Origin: an uncultured Gemmatimonadaceae bacterium
GTDB lineage: Bacteria; Gemmatimonadota; Gemmatimonadetes; Gemmatimonadales; Gemmatimonadaceae
Direction of reading: 5' to 3'
Assembly (NCBI GenBank): GCA_963822945.1
Contig: CAWGJO010000027.1
Location: 32,001 to 96,000 of the forward strand
DNA: 64,000 bases
The notes below the pieces were generated by a model that saw only the letters and a list, made by a program, of their open reading frames with translations, was not told where the DNA came from and searched no databases. The translations under genes were made by a program, and so were the position numbers. Of the stretch, positions 20,093-29,387 are shown piece after piece; the stretch's first letter is position 1; each line of letters starts with the position of its first letter.

Positions 20093-22600
20093 TCAGCCTC
20101 CGTGCGACTTCACCATGCGCACACCGAACACCGGCGCGATGCGGCCTCTCTCACCGGCGTCGAATTTCACCGTCACGCGCGTTCTGCCGTTCGTCGCCGC
20201 GGGTGGGACCGGATATCGCGCGTCGTAGAATCCCTTCGCAGCGGCGTCGGGGGTGAAGCTGGCCACCGCCGTATCGTCGACGAGGATCCGGAAGTCGCCT
20301 GTGGTCGGGGTGAGCCCGGGATCGTTGTAGTACGTGACCACCAGCGCCATGGCGGCCGACGGATCGACGGCCACGTTGTACGAGAACCACCCCGCCCCGC
20401 CGCGCGCCGTGCGTCCTTCGGTGCGTACCGTCTGCCGGGCCGGAGGCTCGCTGCGGTACGCGTACTTCGCGTCGTCGCCGCTGTTCCCAGGCCGCACGAA
20501 CGACACCGTGGCCGCTTCGAGTTGCCGTTGGCGCTCCGCGGCCGCGGCCAGATCGGCCACGCGCTCGTCGAATTCGGCTGGTGTCCAGAGGTCGAAGTAC
20601 ACGCTGTAATTGCGCTCGTAGGTCCGGTAGAAGGGCTTGAGTTCCAGATCGGCGGGCGGCGCCGGCTGCTCGGCCGCCCGCGCCACCGCGTGCGCCGTGA
20701 AGTTGCCGCGCGCCGCGGCGGGTTGCATCCACTCGTCGATCGGGCGGCCGGCCGCAACCAGCGCCGGCACCGGCTTGCGGTCGGTGTACGCCGCGCGCCC
20801 CTCCAGCCGCGGCCCGTGATCGGCCGCGAGCGCGAGCGGCCCCCACATGATCGCCGTGACCTTCGGATCGTCCGGCGTGAATTCGAAGCGCAGCGACTTC
20901 GGGAGCGCGAGCTCCACCGTGTCCCCCGACTGCCACGTGCGGGTGAGTTCCACGAAGGTGCTCGGCGGCAGCACGCGCGGATCCTGGCTCACCAGGCGCC
21001 CGCCGGCGCGGCCGGGCTGCAGGCTGGCGAGCGGGGGCTGGGGGACGTCGCGCCCGTTCACTTTCACGGCGAAGCCGTCGCCCGCCCAACTCGGCCGCCG
21101 GACGGCGAGCGTGAATGCCTTCGACGCCGGCATCGTGAGGGTGAGCGTGGCCTGATCGCCATCGGGGAAGCTCGTCTCCTGCGCCACCGCCACGCCGAGC
21201 CCGGGCACTCGCGCCGTGGACGGCGCGAAGATGTTCACGTACAACGTATCGGGGGTCTCGTAGTAGATGCCGTAGCCGTGCAGCGCATGGTTCTCCATGC
21301 CCGTGCCCACGCAGCAGGTGAAGTCGCGGTACATGTCCTGATATTCCTGCTGCTCGCCACGCCCGATGGGCACCATGTACGACATGTCGCCGTTGGTGGG
21401 ATCGATGGACGAGAGCGCGTGGTTGAACAGCGCGCGTTCCTGGAAGTCGGCGTAGAAGGGATCGGGCCGCAGCGCGAACAGCCGCCGCGTGAGCTTGAGC
21501 ATGTTGTACACGTTGCACGACTCGCAGGTGCGGCCGTCGATGCGCGTGCTCCACCGGTCGGCGGGGCCGAAGTACTCGGACAGTCCGTGCCCGCCGCTGG
21601 CGTAGGTGTGGTGCTGCACCACCGTGTCCCAGAAGAACGACGCCGCCAGCAGATCGCCCGCGTCGCCCGTGTAGCCGAACCGCTCCGCCGAGCCCACGAG
21701 TTTGGGGATCTGGCAGTTGCCGTGCTTGCCGTCGAGGTTGTCCTGCCCGCGCTTGAGCGCGTCGGTGAACGCGTGGTGCTCGAACCGGAGCGACAGCTTG
21801 AGCCAGCGCGCGTCGCCGGTGTCGGCCCACAGGTCGGCGAGCACCTCGTTCATGCCGCCCTGCTCGGTGTTGAGCATCTCGGCGAGCTGCGCCGCGTCGA
21901 GCGGCGCGAGGATGCCCTCCGCCCAGGCGGCGAACTTCGTCTCGACCTCGAGCGCCGTCGCGTTGCCGGTGTGGCGGTAGGCGTCGCGCAACCCGGCGAA
22001 CGTCTTGTGCACCGTGTACCAGGGCGACCAGAGCCCGTTGAGGTCGAACGGCTGCGACCGGATGATGCCGTCGTGCAGCTCACCGAACGCCTTGCGACCG
22101 TTCTCGAGCGCGCAGAGATAACCGTCGCCGTTCTTGTCCTGCACTTCCTTGAGGCCGGCCACGAGGTAGTCGGCGCGCTGCTTGAACCGGTCGTCACCCG
22201 TGGCCTGGTACATGAGGCTCACCGCCGACAGGTGATGTCCCGCGATGTGCCCGGTGAGGTTGCGGCCGCCACCGTCCCAGCCGGTGTACCCCGGCGCCTT
22301 GGGCGTGAGCCCGGCGCGAATGCGGTAGTAGGCGAGCATCCGGTCGGGATCGAGCGAGAGCAGGTACTTCATGTCCTGTTCCTGCGCGTTCTTCAGCGGG
22401 CCGCCGGTGAGCCGCACATCGGCCAGCGGCACCGGGCGCGCGCGGATCATCTTCTCCGGAATCACGCCGTTGGCGAGCGCGGTGCGCCGGGCCTCGGCGG
22501 TGAGCGTGCCGGCGGACGCAGTCCCGGGACGGATGCCAAGGCCGAGCGCCGCGGCGGCAGAAGCGGAGAGGGCGAGAAAATCGCGTCTGGACGAAGGCAT
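20093..22600 (-). CDS. GH127 beta-L-arabinofuranosidase-like glycoside hydrolase, Tat-exported
   Basis: SRRDFL Tat signal; GHIAGHHLSA; WSPWYTVHK; EQGGMNE; CESCNVYNMLKL; FTCCVGTGME. Confidence 0.92.
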   Translation of the reverse strand: MPSSRRDFLALSASAAAALGLGIRPGTASAGTLTAEARRTALANGVIPEKMIRARPVPLADVRLTGGPLKNAQEQDMKYLLSLDPDRMLAYYRIRAGLTPKAPGYTGWDGGGRNLTGHIAGHHLSAVSLMYQATGDDRFKQRADYLVAGLKEVQDKNGDGYLCALENGRKAFGELHDGIIRSQPFDLNGLWSPWYTVHKTFAGLRDAYRHTGNATALEVETKFAAWAEGILAPLDAAQLAEMLNTEQGGMNEVLADLWADTGDARWLKLSLRFEHHAFTDALKRGQDNLDGKHGNCQIPKLVGSAERFGYTGDAGDLLAASFFWDTVVQHHTYASGGHGLSEYFGPADRWSTRIDGRTCESCNVYNMLKLTRRLFALRPDPFYADFQERALFNHALSSIDPTNGDMSYMVPIGRGEQQEYQDMYRDFTCCVGTGMENHALHGYGIYYETPDTLYVNIFAPSTARVPGLGVAVAQETSFPDGDQATLTLTMPASKAFTLAVRRPSWAGDGFAVKVNGRDVPQPPLASLQPGRAGGRLVSQDPRVLPPSTFVELTRTWQSGDTVELALPKSLRFEFTPDDPKVTAIMWGPLALAADHGPRLEGRAAYTDRKPVPALVAAGRPIDEWMQPAAARGNFTAHAVARAAEQPAPPADLELKPFYRTYERNYSVYFDLWTPAEFDERVADLAAAAERQRQLEAATVSFVRPGNSGDDAKYAYRSEPPARQTVRTEGRTARGGAGWFSYNVAVDPSAAMALVVTYYNDPGLTPTTGDFRILVDDTAVASFTPDAAAKGFYDARYPVPPAATNGRTRVTVKFDAGERGRIAPVFGVRMVKSHGG

Positions 22601-22723
22601 GGCGACCGCGGGGTGAGAGACTACGGTGGCGCCACCGACTCCGGCATGGCCGGCGTGCAGTGGCGCTCAATCATATCGACTCCCGCTGGGGGTCGCGAGC
22701 GGCGGCGCGCGACCCGCGGCACG

Positions 22724-23068
22724 TCACCCCGCCGCGGCCGCCGCGGCGGCGGCTGCCTCGCGGTGTTGCTGCTCGGCGATCGTCTCGTACGGCGTCGACG
22801 GTTCCGCGCGTTGGGTCGACGCCAGGCTCACCAACCCGAGCCCGAGTCCCTTCATGGGATTCTGCCAGATCGTGGCCCCGGTGCCCGGATCGAGGCGGAA
22901 GACCTCTCCCTGGCTCGCGGCGAACAGCGCCTCGCCGTCCCAGAGCACGCTCACGAAGCTCGAGCCCTTGAGTTTGGTGCGCCAGACTTCCCGGCCGTCG
23001 CGTGGATCCAGGGCGACCACGGAGTGTTTGATGCCCACGAAGAGCAGATCCTGCCGCAGACGAGTCAT
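22724..23068 (-). CDS. Small PQQ-like beta-propeller repeat protein
   Basis: Two blades (VVALDPRDGREVW; VFRLDPGTGATIW) and a poly-Ala tail. Confidence 0.75.
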   Translation of the reverse strand: MTRLRQDLLFVGIKHSVVALDPRDGREVWRTKLKGSSFVSVLWDGEALFAASQGEVFRLDPGTGATIWQNPMKGLGLGLVSLASTQRAEPSTPYETIAEQQHREAAAAAAAAAG

Positions 23069-23190
23069 GGGAGTTCCTCGCGCTCGTTTTGGGTCGTGGC
23101 CGCGTGGCCGTGAACCGACACCCCGCAATGTAGGGAGGAATGGCGGGGCCCACCCCGACCGGCCAATCCCGTGGAAGTCGAAATGGCCTA

Positions 23191-23218
23191 TTGCATACAA
23201 TCATGTCGACATTATTTT
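23191..23218 (+). promoter_or_regulatory. Candidate promoter TTGCAT-N16-TATTTT with ATGTCGACAT palindrome in the spacer
   Basis: AT-rich island upstream of an ADOP permease; perfect 10-bp palindrome at 23203-23212. Confidence 0.45.
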
Positions 23219-23260
23219 GGGCCTGTCGGGTCGTCCCAGCGCTCCTCTTCGCCAACACCC

Positions 23261-25741
23261 ATGCTCTCTCCCACCTCGCTCCATCACGCCGCCCGCCGCC
23301 TGTTGCGCGCACCGGCATTCGCCGTCGCCGCCGTCATCACGCTCGCTCTGGGCATCGGCGGCACGATCGCCGTCTTCACCGTGGTCAACGGCGTACTCCT
23401 CCAGCCGCTCCCGTATCCTCACGCCGACCGGTTGGTGGACCTCTCGCACACGCTCGCACTCGCCGGCCTCACGCGCGTGGACCAGTCCGACGCCACGTTC
23501 CTGCTGTACCGCCGCGACAATCGCGTCTTCACCGACATGGGCGTGTACCGCGCCACCGCCGTCAACATGCGGGTGATGGGCGCCGCACCGGGCAGCGGTG
23601 CGACCGCGGAGCGCGTGTCGGCCGCGCGCGTGACGTCGAGCGTGTTCCGAGTGCTCGACGCAACCGCCGCGCGCGGGCGCGCCCTCACGGAAGCCGACGC
23701 GGCCCCCGGCGCACCGGCCGTGGTCGTCATCTCGCAGGGGCTGTGGCAGCGGGACTTCGGCGCCGAACCGGCCGCCGTCGGCCGCCACCTGTCCATCGAC
23801 GGCGTGGACCACGAGATCGTGGGCGTGATGCCCGCCCGGTTCACCTTTCCCAATGCGCAGGCGGCGTTCTGGGTTCCGCTGCAGTTCGATCCGGCCCACA
23901 CGAAGTCGGCGGCCTTCGACTACCGTGGCATCGCGCGCCTGCGCGACGGTGTGTCGCTCGCCATGGCAACGGCCGACCTGCAACGCCTGCTGCCGCAGGT
24001 GCCGGTGGCCTTTCCCGGACGCCTCACGGCCGCGGCGATACGCGTGATGCACATGACCGTGGCCGTGCGCCCGCTCCGCGACGTCATGGTGAGCGGGGTG
24101 TCGCGCATCTTGTGGATCGTGCTCGGGTCGGTGGGGGTGCTCCTGCTCATCGCGTGCGCCAACGTGGCCAATCTGTTCCTGGCCCGTGCCGAGGGACGCC
24201 AGCGCGAGTTCGCGGTCCGGCGAGCGCTCGGCGCGGGACGCGTGGCGTTGATCGACGACTGCGTGGCCGAAGCGGTGTTGCTCTCCGCGCTGGGCGGGCT
24301 GCTCGGCCTCGCGCTGGCGAACGCCGGTGTGGGGCTGCTCCTGCGTCTGCCGGTGAGCGTGAGCATTCCGCGCCTCGCCGAGGTGCGCGTGGATGGCGCC
24401 GTGGTGGGGTTCGCGTCGGGCGTGACGCTCCTCGCGGCCCTGGTGGTGAGCGCCATGCCCGCGCTCCGTGCGGGGCGCGTACCGCTCGCGGCGGTGCTCG
24501 CCGCGGAGGGGCGCACATCCACCGGCGGACGGCAGCGCGCTCGCCGGATGCTCGTGGTCTCGCAGGTAGCGCTGGCGTTGGTGCTCCTGGCCGGCGCCGG
24601 CTTGTTCGCGCGGAGCTTCCAGCGGCTCCGCGCCGTGAATCCCGGATTCGACGCCGACCGGGCGCTCTCCTTCCGCCTCGCGCTGCCTGCAGCCGAGTAT
24701 CCCCGCGCCCGCGACGCCGCGCGGACGCTGGTCGAAACACTGCATTCATTGCGCGCGCTGCCCGGCGTTCGGGACGCGGGCCTGGCCACCCGCCTGCCGC
24801 TGGATCAGGAAGCCGCGCAGGACAGCGCCGTGTTCATCGAGGACCATCCCACGCCGCCCGGCAAGATTCCCGGCATCCACCCGATGGTGTTCGCCACGCC
24901 GGGATACTTTGCCGCCATGAAGATTCCGGTGCTCGCCGGGCGGCTGTACGCACCACCCGACGCGTCGTCGGACCCCGCGCATTTGCCGCGCGAGGTGGTG
25001 GTCAGTGCGGCGTTCGCCGACCGCTACTGGAGCGCGGCAACGGCCGTCGGCAAGCGTATTCGCATGAATCCCGCCAGCCCCTGGTCCACCATCGTCGGGG
25101 TGGTCGGCAGCACGCGCGACGACGGGCTGGAGCGGCCGCCGGCGCAGACGGTATACAGTCCGCTCGTGACCAGCACGGCGAGTGGCGCGCCGTGGACGCC
25201 GCGCAACGTCGCGTTCGTGGTCCGCGCGGGCACGGACGCCAACGCCCTGGGAGCGGCGGTTCGCAACGCGGTGCGTACGACGGTGCCCGGCGTGCCGTCC
25301 TATCGCATGCTGCCGCTCGGCGAACTGTTGTCGGATGCCACATCGCGCACCACGTTCACGCTGCTGCTCATCGGGATCGCGGCACTGGTGGCAACCGCCG
25401 TCGGCGCGGCGGGCATCTACGGCGTGATTGCGTACCTGGTGGCACTCCGCACCCGCGAGATCGGCGTCCGCCTGGCACTCGGGGCGCGGCCGGCCGACGT
25501 GCGGCGCATGGTGGTGCGCCGGGCCGTGGGCGATGCCGCCAGCGGGGTGATCGCGGGACTGATCGGCGCCGTGGTCACCACCCGCGCCCTGGCGAGCCTG
25601 CTGTTCGGCGTGAGCCCCACCGATCCGGTGGCGCTGGCCGGCGCCGCGGCGGTGCTGCTGGTCACGGCGGTGGCCGCCAGTTGGCTGCCGGCGCGTCGCG
25701 CCGCACGGCTGGACCCGGCCATCGCGCTCCGAGGCGACTGA
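23261..25741 (+). CDS. Duplicated orphan ABC permease (ADOP; 2x MacB_PCD-FtsX)
   Basis: ITLALGIGGTIAVFTVVNGVLL; LLIACANVANLFLARAEGRQREFAVRRALGA; WLPARRAARLDP. Confidence 0.92.
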   Translation: MLSPTSLHHAARRLLRAPAFAVAAVITLALGIGGTIAVFTVVNGVLLQPLPYPHADRLVDLSHTLALAGLTRVDQSDATFLLYRRDNRVFTDMGVYRATAVNMRVMGAAPGSGATAERVSAARVTSSVFRVLDATAARGRALTEADAAPGAPAVVVISQGLWQRDFGAEPAAVGRHLSIDGVDHEIVGVMPARFTFPNAQAAFWVPLQFDPAHTKSAAFDYRGIARLRDGVSLAMATADLQRLLPQVPVAFPGRLTAAAIRVMHMTVAVRPLRDVMVSGVSRILWIVLGSVGVLLLIACANVANLFLARAEGRQREFAVRRALGAGRVALIDDCVAEAVLLSALGGLLGLALANAGVGLLLRLPVSVSIPRLAEVRVDGAVVGFASGVTLLAALVVSAMPALRAGRVPLAAVLAAEGRTSTGGRQRARRMLVVSQVALALVLLAGAGLFARSFQRLRAVNPGFDADRALSFRLALPAAEYPRARDAARTLVETLHSLRALPGVRDAGLATRLPLDQEAAQDSAVFIEDHPTPPGKIPGIHPMVFATPGYFAAMKIPVLAGRLYAPPDASSDPAHLPREVVVSAAFADRYWSAATAVGKRIRMNPASPWSTIVGVVGSTRDDGLERPPAQTVYSPLVTSTASGAPWTPRNVAFVVRAGTDANALGAAVRNAVRTTVPGVPSYRMLPLGELLSDATSRTTFTLLLIGIAALVATAVGAAGIYGVIAYLVALRTREIGVRLALGARPADVRRMVVRRAVGDAASGVIAGLIGAVVTTRALASLLFGVSPTDPVALAGAAAVLLVTAVAASWLPARRAARLDPAIALRGD

Positions 25742-25753
25742 CCGCGCTGCGGG

Positions 25754-26140
25754 TCAGCCGCCGCCGCTACCCACCGGACGCACCGTCGTGCCGGCAGGCA
25801 TGAACACCTCTACCGAGACTTCGAACGACCGGCGCTCGTTGGGCTGCATGGCGCCCACGCCCACCACGTGGCGCGACACTTCCTGGCCGCGTTCGTCACG
25901 CACCGAGACCATGACCGAGTACTCCCACGGCTCGCCGACTTCCGGGTGCTGGATCGTTGCTTCCACGCGCAACGGGGAGACGGCGGCCGCCTCCGTCCCC
26001 GTCCCCGCCGTGGTGCGGGTGCCTACCCGCAGATGGTGGCGGCAGACGGGGCAAACCGTCGCACTCTCGAGAATCGTCTGCCGGCAGTGCGGGCAGACAC
26101 GGGTAGCACCGGGCGCGCCCTGACGCGCCGTGGTCATCAC
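25754..26140 (-). CDS. Zinc-ribbon hypothetical protein
   Basis: CPHC-x10-CPVC followed by a beta-sandwich-like domain; start overlaps the bactofilin stop. Confidence 0.7.
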   Translation of the reverse strand: MMTTARQGAPGATRVCPHCRQTILESATVCPVCRHHLRVGTRTTAGTGTEAAAVSPLRVEATIQHPEVGEPWEYSVMVSVRDERGQEVSRHVVGVGAMQPNERRSFEVSVEVFMPAGTTVRPVGSGGG

Positions 26141-26678
26141 GCGGAGCCGCTCTCCATCCTCAATGTGGACTTCTTGGATGACGAATCCGCTTCATCGCCC
26201 CAGCCGAACTCCACCCGGCCGCGCATGCGCGAACCGGCCGCCACGGTGAGCGAGCCGGCCTTGAGATCGCCGGTAAGGACGCCGGTCTCGAGCAGCTCCA
26301 CGCGCGCCGCGCTGCTGATGTTGCCGTCCAACTCGCCGCCGACCGACACCGTCTCCGCCGTCACCCCACCGACCACCTTGGCGCCCGGCTCGATGGCCAG
26401 ATTGCCCTTCACGTTCACGTCGCCCTGAAAGCGTCCGGCAATCCGGATGTGGCCCGACCCCTCGATCTTGCCCTCGATGGTCAGCCCCGCGGTGAGCAGC
26501 GATTCCTTGAGGTTGGGGTCCGGTGCGTCGGCGCGGCGGTGCATACGCCGGTGACGAAGACGCGCCGGTGGCGCGGCGCGAGATCGAGCCGCTGATCCGG
26601 TTCGCGACGAGGCGACGGCTCGGCGGGCGTGGCGACGTCGTCCTTCTTGTGCGCGGTGGGTTCCTTCCAGATGGCCAT
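26137..26678 (-). CDS. Polymer-forming cytoskeletal protein (bactofilin), frameshift near 26545-26580
   Basis: ESLLTAGLTIEGKIEGSGHIRIAGRFQGDV..VVGGVTAETVSVGGELDGNI..GDLKAGSLTV; N-terminus MAIWK lies in another frame. Confidence 0.88.
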
Positions 26679-27026
26679 GATACGGAGATCCTGGTGGGGG
26701 TGGGATGCGCGCGTCGGTGCGCGCGCGCGGTGGGGCGGTCGGAGGTCGTTACCCCACACGATTGGTCGAGTGCCCAACTGCCGATTCCGGGGGTCGGGCA
26801 CTCGACGCGTCCCGTCACCGGCATCTCCATGGCCGACGCACGCCGAGGGTCGGGACTTTACCCGATTCCGGACCTTATTGCTCGGCGTCGAGTATGGTTC
26901 GGCGATGTCCATGATCCGTTCAGGACCCGAGTCGGCAGGCGATTGGACGCTCCACGCGCTGCAGCGGCCACGGGGACCCACTGCCCGCGTTTCCGGGTCG
27001 TTCGGCGACGGCGCCTCGGGGTACGC

Positions 27027-29294
27027 ATGACACCGGCGTCGATCCGGATGCTGCTGGTCGAGGACTCCGAGGCCGACGCGGAGCTGCTGGTGCAGCTGCT
27101 GAGCCAGAGCGGCTACGCCGTGCACTCCCGGCGGGTCGATAGTGAGGCCACGCTGCACGAGGCCCTCGACGAATCCGCCTGGGATCTGGTGATCGCCGAC
27201 TTCTCCATGCCGTCGTTCAACGGCCACCGCGCGCTCGAGCTCGTGCGCAGCCGCGGATTCGAGATGCCGTTCATCTTCGTCTCCGGGACGATCGGCGAGG
27301 AGGCCGCCGTGAACGCCATGCGGGCCGGCGCCCAGGACTACGTCCCCAAGCACGATCTCCGGCGCCTGGTCCCCGCCATTGAGCGGGAACTGCGCGAGGC
27401 GGTTGCGCGGCAGGAACGCCGGCGCGCGAGGGCGGCACTCCGGCGCAGCGAGGACCGGATGCGCCGCCTGCTCGATTCCAACGTCATCGGCGTGTTGTTC
27501 TGGGGCCGGCACGGAGAGGTATTCGACGCCAACGATGCATTCCTGACCATGCTCGGCTTCATCCGCGACGATCTGGAAGCGGGGCGCATCGACTGGCGCC
27601 GCCTCACCCCGCCGGAGTTCACCGACCTCACCGAAACCCGCATCACCGAGATCCTGACCACCGGTTCCTGCCGGCCGTTCGAGAAGGAATTCTTCCACGC
27701 CGACGGACACCGGGTGCCCGTGTTGATCGGCGGCGCGCGACTGGACGACGACACCAGCGATGCCGTCTCCGTGATCCACGATCTGTCGGAGATCCGCCGG
27801 GTCACACGGGCGCTGCGCGAGGAATCCGAGATGCGGCGCAGCATCCTCGACGCCACGCCGCTGCCGGTGATCGTGCTCGACCCCGACGGCCTCGTGCGGG
27901 TCTGGAATCCCGCCGCCGAGCGTGTGTTCGGGTGGAAGGCCGAAGAAGTGCTCGGTCGGCCGAACCCGGCACTGCCTCCCGGTGGCGTACCCGAAGCCCG
28001 CGCCCGCGTCGACCAGGCGCTCACCAGCGAATCGTGGATCGGACTCGATGCGCGGCGGCTGGCCCGCGACGGGTCGTGGGTGGACGTGCGTGAGTTCACC
28101 GCGCCCACCCGTGACGCGAGCGGGGCCATCGTGGGAGTGGTCAAGGTGCTCGAGGACGTGCGGGAATCGCTGCGACTCGAGGCGCAGTTGCGGCACGCCC
28201 AGCGCATGGAAGCCGTGGGGTTGCTCGCCGGTGGAATTGCACACGACTTCAACAACCTGCTGACCGTGATCCTGGGCGAAGTGGAGTTCGTCGAGATGGC
28301 CGAGCGACTCGACGAATCCGCGGAGAGCCTGGCCGCCATCCGCAACGCCGCGCAGCGGGCATCGCTCCTCACGCGCCAGCTGCTCGCATTCTCGCGGCGT
28401 CAACTGATCGACCCCAAGCCGGTGGACGTGAATCGCATCATCGACGGCCTGCATCAGATGATCGTCCGGTTGATCGGTGAAGATATCGAGGTGCAACTCG
28501 CGTTGGATGCACAGGTGCCCCCGGTCGTGGCCGATGCCGGCCAGGTGGAGCAGGTCGTGATGAACCTCGTGATCAACGCCCGCGACGCGATGCCGGATGG
28601 CGGGACGCTCGTGATCGAGACCGCCGCGGCGCGGAGCGAGGAGCCGACGCCGGGGGACTACGTGGTGCTCACGGTCCGTGACACGGGCGTCGGCATGAGC
28701 CCGGAGATCCAGACGCACATCTTCGATGCGTTCTTCACCACCAAGAGCGCCGGCAGGGGTACCGGCCTCGGACTCGCCACCTGCCGCGACATCGTGGCGC
28801 GCGCTGGGGGACGCATGGAAGTCGAGAGCGTCATCGGACGGGGCACGGCGATGCGTGTCTATCTGCCGCGCTCTGCGGAGGCCGCTTCGGCCGTGCCCGA
28901 CCGCAACGCCAGCATCCCGCGCGGACACGAGACCATCCTGCTGGCCGAGGATGATGACGGCGTGCGCACCGTGACCATGCGCATGCTGGCGCCGCTCGGC
29001 TATACGGTGATCGCGACGGAGAATGGCGATCAGGCGTTGGCGATGCTCGAGCGGCACGGGCGAACGATCGGTCTGCTGCTCACCGATCTCGTCCTGCCCG
29101 GCATGAGCGGCCGCGTGCTGGCCGAGCGGGCCCGCCAACTGTTGCCCGGTCTGCGGGTGCTGTTTTCGTCCGGATACACGGACGACGTGATCGTGCAGCG
29201 GCAGCTGCTGGAGCACGGCGCCTCGTTTCTGCAGAAGCCGTTCACGCCGCGCGCGCTCGGCGAGAAGGTACGGGAAGTGTTGGATGGCCCATAG
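27027..29294 (+). CDS. Hybrid sensor kinase REC-PAS-PAS-HisKA-HATPase-REC
   Basis: LLVEDSEADAEL; GGIAHDFNNLL; NLVINARDAMP; FFTTK..GTGLGL; C-terminal receiver (LLLTDLVLPG, FLQKPF). Confidence 0.93.
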   Translation: MTPASIRMLLVEDSEADAELLVQLLSQSGYAVHSRRVDSEATLHEALDESAWDLVIADFSMPSFNGHRALELVRSRGFEMPFIFVSGTIGEEAAVNAMRAGAQDYVPKHDLRRLVPAIERELREAVARQERRRARAALRRSEDRMRRLLDSNVIGVLFWGRHGEVFDANDAFLTMLGFIRDDLEAGRIDWRRLTPPEFTDLTETRITEILTTGSCRPFEKEFFHADGHRVPVLIGGARLDDDTSDAVSVIHDLSEIRRVTRALREESEMRRSILDATPLPVIVLDPDGLVRVWNPAAERVFGWKAEEVLGRPNPALPPGGVPEARARVDQALTSESWIGLDARRLARDGSWVDVREFTAPTRDASGAIVGVVKVLEDVRESLRLEAQLRHAQRMEAVGLLAGGIAHDFNNLLTVILGEVEFVEMAERLDESAESLAAIRNAAQRASLLTRQLLAFSRRQLIDPKPVDVNRIIDGLHQMIVRLIGEDIEVQLALDAQVPPVVADAGQVEQVVMNLVINARDAMPDGGTLVIETAAARSEEPTPGDYVVLTVRDTGVGMSPEIQTHIFDAFFTTKSAGRGTGLGLATCRDIVARAGGRMEVESVIGRGTAMRVYLPRSAEAASAVPDRNASIPRGHETILLAEDDDGVRTVTMRMLAPLGYTVIATENGDQALAMLERHGRTIGLLLTDLVLPGMSGRVLAERARQLLPGLRVLFSSGYTDDVIVQRQLLEHGASFLQKPFTPRALGEKVREVLDGP

Positions 29295-29387
29295 GCACCC
29301 TACCGGCTGCCGGTGCATGTGACGAACTTTCGCCATTCCCGGCGTGCCCCCACGCGCATCACGCACTCAATCGAGGACCGTGCCGAC

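Noticed and set aside
19715..23113. Long antisense or alternate-frame ORFs (also 7018-9660, 26481-29366, 34114-36642, 41645-45019, 49779-52187)
   Set aside because: Arg/Ala/Gly-rich shadows of real genes, expected in high-GC DNA; no domain motifs.
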